Made by a program: the position numbers and the translations under genes
Notes under the pieces: generated by a model
Seen by the model: only the letters and a program-made list of their open reading frames with translations
What the model was told of the DNA's origin: nothing
Database searches by the model: none
In this document: piece after piece, positions 10,693 through 20,180 of the stretch
Layout: each line of letters begins with the position of its first letter
How positions within the stretch are numbered: position 1 is the stretch's first letter
Assembly: GCA_965216875.1 (NCBI GenBank)
Contig: OZ244207.1
Location: forward strand, 5,408,001 to 5,472,000
DNA: 64,000 bases
Source of the DNA: Rubripirellula sp.
Lineage (GTDB): Bacteria > Planctomycetota > Planctomycetia > Pirellulales > Pirellulaceae
Direction: 5' to 3'

Positions 10693-11225
10693 ATACGGGG
10701 GGCCGTGAACAAAACACCAAAATTTGTTGGCGGGGTTTTCCCCTCAGCAGACCTACACCCTTTTAGGCACGAAGCCCACCGAATCCGGGGGCCATTTGGT
10801 CTCGAAAGCTACCCGGGTTTGCCGCACGAACGATGGGACAAATGAACGGGCACTTGTTCCATTGGCGGGTGCGATTTTGTGTTGGGGCACCGCTACTTTC
10901 GTCTTCTCCGATAAGTAGCGGTCATCACCAATCGCACCCGCCCGTGTGCTCGGCAATTGCACAGCCCGTGTGCTCGGCTACATTCGTTGCTACAGCAGTC
11001 TGCCACCGCCCCAACAGCTTCTGTGCGTGAACACCATCCACGCTCAGCCCACCTGATCATTCCCCACCCCCAATCTCCCCTGTCAGGGAAGCCCCGACAC
11101 CCGCCAAAGCAGCAGAATACATCGCTGATGCGATTTGATATTTTGTTTGTATTACATACGTCAGTCACTATGGTGTGGTGCTCATGCTGATCCTGTAATG
11201 GGTTCCAAGGTACGGCTGGTAAACC

Positions 11226-11819
11226 GTGACTCCATCAGAGTTTGATTCCGGAGGCCTGTCGCAGACCGATCGTTCACTTGTTGTGCTTGTACGTGGTGGC
11301 GATGAAGACGCTGCGACAGCATTGTACGAACGCTATGCGCGACGGGTGTTTGGGTTGGTTGAAGCTCAACTCGGTGAGCGGCTGCGCGCAAACACGGAAC
11401 CCGAAGACGTCGTTCAATCCGTCTTCAAGAGCATGTTCCGTGGTGTTCAAGCGGGACACTACGACGCTCCCCCAGGCACAACGCTCTGGAATCTGCTGGC
11501 GGTGATCGCCGTCCATAAACTGCGCCGAAAAGCGGGCCACCACTCAGCCAAGCGGCGCGACACCAAACGTAATATTTCGCTTGAAACGCTCGAAGAGGGC
11601 GTCGGGCTCGACCCCTCGTCGCTTGAGTTCCTTCAAGTCACCGTCCGAGAAACGCTCGAATTGCTGCGACCGATCGACCGCGAGATCCTATCGCTAAGGA
11701 TTCAAAGGTACACCGTTGACGAGATCAGCGCTGAACTGGGCCGCAGCCGACGGACGGTCGAACGAAGCCTGCAGCGCAGTCGCGAAAGACTCGCCGACCT
11801 TTTGCTCGACGAAAAGTAG
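11226..11819 (+). CDS. ECF RNA polymerase sigma factor
   Basis: GDEDAATALYERY, EDVVQSVF (region 2) and YTVDEISAELGRSRRTVER (region 4 HTH). Confidence 0.92.
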   Translation: MTPSEFDSGGLSQTDRSLVVLVRGGDEDAATALYERYARRVFGLVEAQLGERLRANTEPEDVVQSVFKSMFRGVQAGHYDAPPGTTLWNLLAVIAVHKLRRKAGHHSAKRRDTKRNISLETLEEGVGLDPSSLEFLQVTVRETLELLRPIDREILSLRIQRYTVDEISAELGRSRRTVERSLQRSRERLADLLLDEK

Positions 11820-11982
11820 CGACAACAACCAATCACCTTTTTGCCCACACACCCCAATTTCCCTAAAAACCTGGAAATAGTTTGGCGGAAATCAACCGGT
11901 AGGTAACCTCAACTAGGTGTAGCCGCATGCGCGTACGGTGGGGGCATTGCTGGCTGTATGAGTCACAGGGCAGGCCATTGCC

Positions 11983-14900
11983 ATGATCAATAAGAGTAGC
12001 GTCGACCAACTTGATGAAGCCATTGATTGCTTCGAACGTGATTGGTCTCCGAGGTCCCTTGGAGGCATCCGGTCGCTGCTGAACCAATTTGATCTTGGTA
12101 ACGACCATTCAGCGATCACCGAGCTGATTCGGATCGACATCGAGCTACGTTACAACCACGGCCTCTCTTTTCCGTTGGACGACTACTTCCGCGAATTTGA
12201 CGGGCTGCTGACGAGCCCAGAAAGCGTGGCCCAAATTGCGTTTGAGGACTATCGAAGTCGGGTTGCCCACGGACACTCAATGGCCGTTTCTCGTTGGCAA
12301 CAACTGCCCGGTATTGGTGATCAGAGTTGGTATCGCGATTTGGTTGGCAAAACGAGCGCTCGCAAATCCCAGCTCAAGAACCGACCGCCGATCGGGACGG
12401 TGGCCGATGTTGGGTTTGAAGAAGCGCTTGAAAAGATCGGCTTTCGACTTGTCGAAGAACTCGGCAGCGGCGCGTTCAGCAAAGTCTACCTTGCAACGCA
12501 AGATGATCTGGCCGATCGTCACGTGGTGTTGAAAGTCGTGCGGCAAGCGCTCGCCGAACCCCAAAACATGGCGATGTTGCAGCACACCAACATCGTGCCA
12601 ATCTATTCGTTCCATCGCATTCAATCGCGATCGGTGATCTGCATGCCCTATGCCGGTGGGCTGACGTTGTCGGACTACCTTTCGTGCGACGATCAAGCAT
12701 CTTCCCGAGGCGGCCAAGGTTTGGTTAGCACCGTGCTTAACCAAGCGCATGACACGGTGGTCGACAGCGAGCCAACCGATGCCGAAGACGACAACAACCA
12801 AAACGGTTCGACACGAGTCCTACATCCAAGTGATCTCAAGAAGCCGCTCGAGTCGCTGCAAGACCTCGACTGCAGTGAGCTTGCGTTATGGATTTTTGGA
12901 CGGCTCGCTGGCGCACTCGCACACTCACACGCGCGTGGCTTGCTTCACGGCGACCTCAAACCCGCCAACGTTCTGATCCGAAACGACGGCGAACCAGCAC
13001 TACTCGACTTTAACCTCGCCCAGTCACTCGACCGCAAACAGATCGCACATGTTGGCGGCACCTTGCCCTACATGCCGCCTGAATCGTATCGCGCATTGAT
13101 GGGCCAATCGTTGGCTCCTCATTCATCGTCTGACGTGTATGCGTTGGGGGTGATGCTCTATGAATTCGTCACGGGCCGACTCCCTTATTCGGCGCCGCAA
13201 TCAACCAGTGCGAGTGACCTTGAACCGGCGATCAAAGACCGTAGCAATCCGGTGCAATGGCGCAGCGAAGACTCGGGCAGCCCAGGCTTGCGACGCATCG
13301 TTGAGCGTTGCCTCCTCGCCGAACCAGACCAACGATACTCGGCCGAACAGCTTCGCGAGGATTTGCAGCGAGAAAGCGAAAACAAGTCGCTCAGCCATAC
13401 GACCGAACCGACCACCTATCAAGCGACCAAGTGGCTCAAGCGTCATCCAAAAGCCGTCTCTGCCTCAACAGCCGGCGTGCTATTGATCTGCCTAATGATT
13501 CCTCTGGGCCTTGTTGCCATTGGGCTCAAGCAACAGTCGGATCATATGTCGGTCGTCGCTCAAATGGATGCGTTTGCTGACAGATCAGCCGACGTTCTGT
13601 CGACAACCATCGTCAATCCGCTTCGCCACCAAGACGATCTGATCGTCGCCGCGCTCGAACCGCTCGAAGAGTTTGGGATCCTCAACCCCGATCGTGAAAA
13701 CGAATTCCAATCGGCTTTGCTGACCCCCGAGCAGATCGAACAACACCGCGACACCGCCTTTCGACATGTCGCGCAAGTGGCCTATGCGGAAATCGACTGG
13801 CTCTCTTCGCGAAACGAGGCTGCCATCGACAGAGCCTCGCGCAAGCGATTGGACCGTTTGGTCGATGCGGCCGAGCGCATCCAAGGCGACATTCCTTCGC
13901 GAGCACTACTGTTCATTCGTGCTGACCAGGCCCTCCTGTCGGGCAAAACCGACCAATTCAAGAAGCTCTCGAAAAAGGCTGCCAAGGTCTTGTTGTCCGA
14001 TTCCAATGACACCGAACGCTATCTCGAAGCGATTCGTTTGTACAAGGAACGAGAATACGCCGAGGCAAGAAAACAACTTACTGAATTGGCGGACAGCGAC
14101 ATTCCGTCGGCTCTGCGTTGGACCATGCTTGGACGAGCACAGTTTCAATCGGGAAAATACGAAGACGCAAAACTTTCGTTCACTCAGTCCATCGAGCACG
14201 CCCCGACCGCATCGCGGCTTTGGTATCTACGTGCCCGTTGTTTCACGGCCACAAACATGTATCGTCGGGCTGCCGATGACCTTTCCAAGGCAATCGACCT
14301 CGAACCCGACCTCACTACGGCATGGACGCTGCGTGGCCTCTGCTACGAGAACATGAAACGGTTCGATGACGCGGTGGCGGACCAAACCGAAGCTCTCAAG
14401 CACTCGCCAAACAACCCGCACGTCTTGTTACTGCGTAGCCGAGCATTCGGAAAACTGAATCTCAAAGAACGGGCCGATGCAGACTACCGAGCCGCGTTGG
14501 AATCGGAGTCGCTTGTGCCGGCCGACTTGATCACTCGAGCGACCGCGCGCGTCAAACGCGGCGACCCCGAAGGCGCACTCGAAGACCTCGAACTCGCATT
14601 TCAACGCAGCCGGCGCGACGCAGGAATCCTTCAAGATAAGGCGTCCGTCCTTTGCAAACTGGGCCGCTACGAGGAAGCAATTGCGTCGCTCCAACAGGCC
14701 GTCGAGCTTGACCCCAGTCGTGAACAGTCGCTGATCGATGCCGCTGTCCTCTTGGCCCGATTTGGACAGGAGAAGCAAGCGAAGAGCTACCTTCGTAAGG
14801 CCATCCGTCCACCAAACAAACCTCGAACGCTTTATCAAGCCGCGTGTGCCAACGCGCTGCTAGGCGAGAACTACCATAAGCGAGCGCTCCCGTTGCTCGC

Positions 14901-15054
14901 CAAAGCACTTCAGTCCGGATACGGAGCGGAGGAGATCAGCCTTGATGACGATCTTGATTCGCTTCGTGAGTACTCCGACTTCAGATCAATGTTAAAAACC
15001 GTCGAATTGGGCAACCGACTTGTGGAAAAGAAAGCATCACGTAAACAACCCTAG
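11983..15054 (+). CDS. Ser/Thr protein kinase with TM helix and C-terminal TPRs
   Basis: LGSGAFSKVY, VVLK, HGDLKPAN, DFNLA, GGTLPYMPPE, SDVYALG; TM near aa 490-515; multiple TPRs. Confidence 0.93.
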   Translation: MINKSSVDQLDEAIDCFERDWSPRSLGGIRSLLNQFDLGNDHSAITELIRIDIELRYNHGLSFPLDDYFREFDGLLTSPESVAQIAFEDYRSRVAHGHSMAVSRWQQLPGIGDQSWYRDLVGKTSARKSQLKNRPPIGTVADVGFEEALEKIGFRLVEELGSGAFSKVYLATQDDLADRHVVLKVVRQALAEPQNMAMLQHTNIVPIYSFHRIQSRSVICMPYAGGLTLSDYLSCDDQASSRGGQGLVSTVLNQAHDTVVDSEPTDAEDDNNQNGSTRVLHPSDLKKPLESLQDLDCSELALWIFGRLAGALAHSHARGLLHGDLKPANVLIRNDGEPALLDFNLAQSLDRKQIAHVGGTLPYMPPESYRALMGQSLAPHSSSDVYALGVMLYEFVTGRLPYSAPQSTSASDLEPAIKDRSNPVQWRSEDSGSPGLRRIVERCLLAEPDQRYSAEQLREDLQRESENKSLSHTTEPTTYQATKWLKRHPKAVSASTAGVLLICLMIPLGLVAIGLKQQSDHMSVVAQMDAFADRSADVLSTTIVNPLRHQDDLIVAALEPLEEFGILNPDRENEFQSALLTPEQIEQHRDTAFRHVAQVAYAEIDWLSSRNEAAIDRASRKRLDRLVDAAERIQGDIPSRALLFIRADQALLSGKTDQFKKLSKKAAKVLLSDSNDTERYLEAIRLYKEREYAEARKQLTELADSDIPSALRWTMLGRAQFQSGKYEDAKLSFTQSIEHAPTASRLWYLRARCFTATNMYRRAADDLSKAIDLEPDLTTAWTLRGLCYENMKRFDDAVADQTEALKHSPNNPHVLLLRSRAFGKLNLKERADADYRAALESESLVPADLITRATARVKRGDPEGALEDLELAFQRSRRDAGILQDKASVLCKLGRYEEAIASLQQAVELDPSREQSLIDAAVLLARFGQEKQAKSYLRKAIRPPNKPRTLYQAACANALLGENYHKRALPLLAKALQSGYGAEEISLDDDLDSLREYSDFRSMLKTVELGNRLVEKKASRKQP

Positions 15055-15065
15055 CTATTCACCAT

Positions 15066-17120
15066 GTGCCCTGTGATTTCAGAATGAAGACCCCAACGAG
15101 ACACCGTCGCCCCGCATCAAAAAGGATTGAGATCGAACCGCTTGAGTCACGCCAATTGCTTGCCGCATTCGGCACACCGTGGCCCAACCCAAGAGAATTG
15201 ACCATCAGCTTCCCTACGGATGGAGTTGCAATCGGTCAGCACCCGAACGACCTTCACGCAACGCTTGACACCATCTCGGCGAGAAGCGAGTGGCAAGAGC
15301 TTGCACTGCGTGCGTACCAAACGTGGTCCGTGTACGCCGACGTCAACGTTGGCCTAAGGAATGACCACAACGTCGCATTTGGAACGGCGGGAATGTCGGT
15401 CAACGACCCGCGTTTCGGAGAGTTTCGCATTGGAGCTTTCCCACAAGGTGGTGTGCTTGCCAACTCGATTCCGTTTCAAGCATCGGCCGGAACCTACTCC
15501 GGTGATTTGCTTCTGAATTCGAACGAGCCGTTCTTCTATCACGACTGGGCCGGTGGTGTGCCACCGGCTCCCAGTTCCTACAAAGGCTACGAGCGAGATT
15601 TGTTTAGCCTGTTGCTTCACGAGTCGGGCAACACGCTGGGAGTGGATGATAACAAGACGCCACACTCGGTGATGTTTCGGCAATACACCGTCCCCAAGGG
15701 AACGCTTTCGCAGAGCGACATCGACAGCATTCAAGCCATTTATGGTGCGCGCACGGACCCGTTTGAACTTGTCGACAACGGCCAGCTTCAGCTGGCGACG
15801 TTGGTTTCCACTCCAGTTGGATTCCAAACCGCGTCGGATGTGATTTCTGTTTCGGGCAGTTTGAAGGACGCTGCGGATGTTGATTACTACGAAGTGACCC
15901 CCGCAAGCGGGCAAGACGATGTAACTGTCCGACTTCGAGCTGCTGGCATATCGTTGTTGACCTCCAAGGTCGATGTGCTTGATGTCAATGGCAATGTCCT
16001 TGGATCGGCGAGCGCAGCCTCGGCGTTTGACAACGACAACGAAATCAACCTCAGCGGACTGAGCGGCCACTCGGTGATCTACATTCGCGTCGCGAGCGCG
16101 AACCAAGATATCTACGGAATCGGCGATTACAAAATCGAAGTCGACTACCGGGACGCGACCGTCAAGGCATCCGACCCAACGCCCAAGGCGCACGATGGCG
16201 GTGTTGACTCGCTCTTTACCAATTTTGCGATTGCCGACGACGAGCAGGGCATCAACGACACGCTCGCGTCGGCGGGCACCCTCAACCATGCCACTGGCTT
16301 TGCTCCCCAAACCCGCTACGAGATCGTCTCGGCAGTATCATCGCTAACCGATGTCGACTACCTGAAAGTCCCTGGCACGAGTGTTGCCGGTCGTTTGATG
16401 GTGCACCTTTCTGGTGTTGGCTTGGATCAACCCGGGATGGACCTGAAGATTGTTGACACAAACGATCAACCGGTCGGAGCATCGGGCCGCCTACGACCAG
16501 ATGGATCGTGGGTGCTTGTCGTGAATCAGCCCGTCGTCAATGCAGACTACTATCTGCGTATCAGCGTGGATCCAACGTCCGCCGTCAGTGTCGGCAACTA
16601 TGTCGCGTCAGCAGAATTTGTTCCTTCCGACACGCCGCATCACATGACAAGTGGCTCGGTCTCTTCTATCGAAGAAGACTTCATTCGCTGGACGGCCGAC
16701 AAGTCAAAGTTGTTTCGATTCGACCTGTTCGCAAGTGGCGGTGCGAGAAACGAACTGGCACGGATTGTCATCTATGACGCTCACACCAAAGAAATCAAAC
16801 TCGCGTTCGCGGCGCGGTCCGACGCGGCACGAAGCGCCCACGTCTGGCTCGAGCAGGGCGACTACATCATTCGATTCACTGCCATCTCGCGCACCGGCAA
16901 TCCCGTCGACAATATCAACTACCGGCTCGAATGCCACGGCATTTCCGATGACCAGGATCCCGACGACCACGACCCACAAGACGACGACGGGCACAACCCT
17001 TATTACTACTACGAATACCAGTACTACGATTACAACACCGACCCAGGCAGCTCCGACTACTACGGGTATTATTATGGGTACGGAAGTGACCCCGAACCCC
17101 ATCCCACCAATACGCCATAG
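15066..17120 (+). CDS. Extracellular matrixin-like protein with PPC-like domains, degenerate zinc motif and Tyr/Asp-rich tail
   Basis: LEPR-XLL-type IEPLESRQLLA; LLHESGNTLG plus Met-turn SVM and LSQSDIDSIQAIYG; repeated DVDYY beta-domains. Alternative start ATG 15084. Confidence 0.82.
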   Translation: MPCDFRMKTPTRHRRPASKRIEIEPLESRQLLAAFGTPWPNPRELTISFPTDGVAIGQHPNDLHATLDTISARSEWQELALRAYQTWSVYADVNVGLRNDHNVAFGTAGMSVNDPRFGEFRIGAFPQGGVLANSIPFQASAGTYSGDLLLNSNEPFFYHDWAGGVPPAPSSYKGYERDLFSLLLHESGNTLGVDDNKTPHSVMFRQYTVPKGTLSQSDIDSIQAIYGARTDPFELVDNGQLQLATLVSTPVGFQTASDVISVSGSLKDAADVDYYEVTPASGQDDVTVRLRAAGISLLTSKVDVLDVNGNVLGSASAASAFDNDNEINLSGLSGHSVIYIRVASANQDIYGIGDYKIEVDYRDATVKASDPTPKAHDGGVDSLFTNFAIADDEQGINDTLASAGTLNHATGFAPQTRYEIVSAVSSLTDVDYLKVPGTSVAGRLMVHLSGVGLDQPGMDLKIVDTNDQPVGASGRLRPDGSWVLVVNQPVVNADYYLRISVDPTSAVSVGNYVASAEFVPSDTPHHMTSGSVSSIEEDFIRWTADKSKLFRFDLFASGGARNELARIVIYDAHTKEIKLAFAARSDAARSAHVWLEQGDYIIRFTAISRTGNPVDNINYRLECHGISDDQDPDDHDPQDDDGHNPYYYYEYQYYDYNTDPGSSDYYGYYYGYGSDPEPHPTNTP

Positions 17121-17122
17121 GC

Positions 17123-19117
17123 ATGGTTGTGAGCTTGGACAAGCTCGAAGCTCTTTTTGAGCAGGCCACGAGCCCACTACGCAGTTCCGTTCTGCAAGAC
17201 AGAAGTGCTGTCCTACGTGAAGCAAAACGCCGTCATGCGCGAGATCCAAACGATCGTGTCGCCATGCGGTCGGTCGCGGCTGCACTTCTGTGTAACAACC
17301 AGCCGGCCGAGTCGCTTGCTCTCTTGCAACGCGATCCTACGATCGCAGACGATCCCCTATGGCACCGACTCGTTGCCCACGCGCACTTGGCATTGAATGA
17401 CGGGCAGCGGGCTCTCGATCACCTTCAGCTGGCGATCCGCTCGGACCCCTGTCAGAGCGATGACTGGAATCTGATCGGGCATCTCTATGCACAGAGCAAT
17501 CAAACGGACAAAGCGATTGAGCATTTCCAACGCTCATTGGTCATCGACGATGTCAATCACGAGGCATCGATCGCGTTGAGTCAGCTTCTGGTCGATCAGG
17601 ACAGACCAAATGACGCGATCGACACCTTACGCGTCAGTATTCTAAAGGACCGCCGATCCGCAACGCTTAACCGAGCGCTCGGACAGTTGCTTGAACACCA
17701 AGCGTTGAGGCTTCGCAGGCGGCGAGCGTGGCGTTTGCATCGTAAGATCCTCGAAGAAGCGGTGGACTGCTACGAGATCGTTTCGGCGTCCGCCCCTGAT
17801 GCTGAAACGCTGGTCCGCTTGGCCGGTATCCTGCGACTCCTCGATCGGCATGACGAATCAACTGCGGCATTGCGAAAAGCCATCGAAGTCGATCCGCTGT
17901 CAGCAGAAGCGTACGCACAACTGGCCAATGTCCATGTCGAGAAAGGCGAAATGGATGCAGCCGCGGTTCTGTTTGAAAAATCACTACGCGCCAACCCCAA
18001 CCGTTCCGGCACGTACTTTCGCTTCACGCGAGCTAAAAAGTTCAAACCGGGCGATGAGTCAGATCAATACCTGGCACAGATTCGCAAGCTGCTTGCCGAT
18101 CCAACGTTGCGACGCCCCGACTTGGTGCCACTGCATTTCGCAGCCGCGAAAATCTTGGATGACACTCAGCAGTACGCGGATGCCTGGCTTCACTACGACG
18201 CCGGAAATCGACTGAAACCGGGTCACAGCGATAACCGCGAGAATCCTCAACGGAGTCAACTTGTTCAAACGGTCAAACGCACCATCGAGGTGTTTGACGA
18301 CGCGTTCTTCGACGGCAGGGTTCCCTCTCCATCGGCCGATCGACGACCGATCTTCATTATCGGCATGCCGCGGTCGGGCACGACATTGACCGAACAGATC
18401 GTTAGCAGCCACCCGTCCGTTATGGGCGCGGGCGAATTGAAAGAGATCGATCGCATCCGTCAACAGATCGTCAAGGACCACACCCAGTACGCTCAGAATC
18501 AAACTCCGGAAGTGCCACTCCAAGAGCTGTACCCTGCGATCCTCTCGACTGTCGACGGCCGCTACCTCGACGACCTGACTCAGCGTCATCTCGACTACTT
18601 AAGAGAGCTCGGCGGCGACTGCCAGTACGTGACCGACAAGATGCCAACCAACTTCTTGCACCTCGGGTTGATCGCGACACTCTTCCCTGGCGCGACCATC
18701 ATTCATTGCCGTCGAAACCCGATGGATGTACTCGTCTCTTGTTACTGCCAAAACCTGAGCGCGCCCTTTTGTGACCTGGAAGCTTTGATCGAGTACCACG
18801 GACTCTACCGAAGGCTCATGCGACATTGGCAGAGCGTGCTCCCGCTTCCTATCCATACGGTTGATTACGAAGAGCTGGTCACCGACCCCGAATCCAATGT
18901 CCGAGCGCTGATCGAGCATTGTGGCTTGCCTTGGGATGCGCGTTGTTTGGATTTCCAATCCAACAAACGAAGCGTCCAAACACCAAGCAAGTGGCAAGTC
19001 CGACAACCGATGTACTCGACATCCGTTGCTAAATGGAAACGCTTCGAACCGCAACTACGAGAGATTGCCGAGAGGATCGAAGAGGAAATGCGATCCGAGG
19101 CTACGTCCGGCTCCTAG
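17123..19117 (+). CDS. TPR-containing sulfotransferase (Sulfotransfer_3 / TPST-like)
   Basis: N-terminal TPRs; 5'-PSB PIFIIGMPRSGTTLTEQI; DKMP.NF; 3'-PB RNPMDVLVS; YEELV.DP; TPS.WQVRQP. Confidence 0.92.
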   Translation: MVVSLDKLEALFEQATSPLRSSVLQDRSAVLREAKRRHARDPNDRVAMRSVAAALLCNNQPAESLALLQRDPTIADDPLWHRLVAHAHLALNDGQRALDHLQLAIRSDPCQSDDWNLIGHLYAQSNQTDKAIEHFQRSLVIDDVNHEASIALSQLLVDQDRPNDAIDTLRVSILKDRRSATLNRALGQLLEHQALRLRRRRAWRLHRKILEEAVDCYEIVSASAPDAETLVRLAGILRLLDRHDESTAALRKAIEVDPLSAEAYAQLANVHVEKGEMDAAAVLFEKSLRANPNRSGTYFRFTRAKKFKPGDESDQYLAQIRKLLADPTLRRPDLVPLHFAAAKILDDTQQYADAWLHYDAGNRLKPGHSDNRENPQRSQLVQTVKRTIEVFDDAFFDGRVPSPSADRRPIFIIGMPRSGTTLTEQIVSSHPSVMGAGELKEIDRIRQQIVKDHTQYAQNQTPEVPLQELYPAILSTVDGRYLDDLTQRHLDYLRELGGDCQYVTDKMPTNFLHLGLIATLFPGATIIHCRRNPMDVLVSCYCQNLSAPFCDLEALIEYHGLYRRLMRHWQSVLPLPIHTVDYEELVTDPESNVRALIEHCGLPWDARCLDFQSNKRSVQTPSKWQVRQPMYSTSVAKWKRFEPQLREIAERIEEEMRSEATSGS

Positions 19118-19138
19118 AACCGAACGGCATTGCTTGCC

Positions 19139-20134
19139 TTAGTCTTGCAGGGCTTCTTCGACCGCTTTGATCACCACAGGCAAAACACGTGCTTTGACAT
19201 CGGCGAGTGTGCCTTCTTGGAAGGCACCGGCCGCGGCCTTGTGACCTCCACCGCCAAATTGCTGGGCGATTTCGTTGCAGTCCATCCCGCAACGGCTTCG
19301 GAAGCTCAACTTGAATCCGCCTCGCAGTTGCCCAACAAAGATGACTGCAGCCTGAGTGCCAGCGACGGAGAGCGTCAGATTGATCGCATCCTCGGTGTCG
19401 CTTGGCAGAGCACCCATTGCATCGAAGTCTTCTTTCTCGACGTAGGTATGCATCAACGCACCCTCCACTTCAGAAGTGGTACGCGACAAGATCAAACCAC
19501 GCAGCTTCAGTCTTCCGAGTGTGTCGCGTTCGTAGAGGTCCCCATAAACTTCCGACGGCACGACGCCAGCATCAACCAAACGTCCGATCACACGGTAGGT
19601 TTCTGACGTAACGCTGCTGAACCGGAACCAACCCGTATCGGTGGCGATGGCCGCGAACAGTGCCGACGACATCGTTCGGGTCAATGGCACATTCAAGGCA
19701 TCCGCGGCTTGGACCACCAAGTGGCCTGTCGCTTCGGCTTGGTAGTCCTTGTACATCGTCGCGCCCAAGTCATCTTCGCCGACGTGGTGGTCGACCACCA
19801 TTTTGTCCGCTCGCGAAGTACGAATCACATCGCCCATGTCACCAAGCTGCGCCCACGCGCTGGTGTCGAGCACCATGATGCAATCGGCCGAGATGTCTTC
19901 CGCTTCGACATCATCGCCAAGCACTTCGATGTTGCCTGCAGGGTCGAGAAACTGAAGGGCAGGCGGTGTGCGGTGCGCGTTGATGATTCGCACTTTCTTG
20001 CCGACCGCACGCAACACTTCGGCCATCCCGAGCTCGCTGCCCAGGGCATCGCAATCAGGGCGAATGTGGCTTACCAAAACGAACGATTCGTAATGGCTGA
20101 TTTGATCAACAAAAGCTTTCCAGTTAACGCCCAT
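19139..20134 (-). CDS. nrnA: DHH/DHHA1 phosphoesterase (oligoribonuclease / pAp phosphatase NrnA-like)
   Basis: SHIRPDCDALGS, VDHH, TDTGWF, SFRS and GGGGHKAAAG motifs. Confidence 0.9.
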   Translation of the reverse strand: MGVNWKAFVDQISHYESFVLVSHIRPDCDALGSELGMAEVLRAVGKKVRIINAHRTPPALQFLDPAGNIEVLGDDVEAEDISADCIMVLDTSAWAQLGDMGDVIRTSRADKMVVDHHVGEDDLGATMYKDYQAEATGHLVVQAADALNVPLTRTMSSALFAAIATDTGWFRFSSVTSETYRVIGRLVDAGVVPSEVYGDLYERDTLGRLKLRGLILSRTTSEVEGALMHTYVEKEDFDAMGALPSDTEDAINLTLSVAGTQAAVIFVGQLRGGFKLSFRSRCGMDCNEIAQQFGGGGHKAAAGAFQEGTLADVKARVLPVVIKAVEEALQD

Positions 20135-20180
20135 TGAGGTTTCTTTCTCTATGCGAGTGTTTTCAGCGGTGGCAGCGTGT

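Noticed and set aside
10730..10830. c-di-GMP-I riboswitch or hammerhead ribozyme on the minus strand (GGCAAACCC..., CTGCTGA-GGGGAAAACCCC)
   Set aside because: The GACGCAAAG element of c-di-GMP-I and the CUGANGA/GAAA hammerhead core are missing. Kept only as an unnamed structured candidate.
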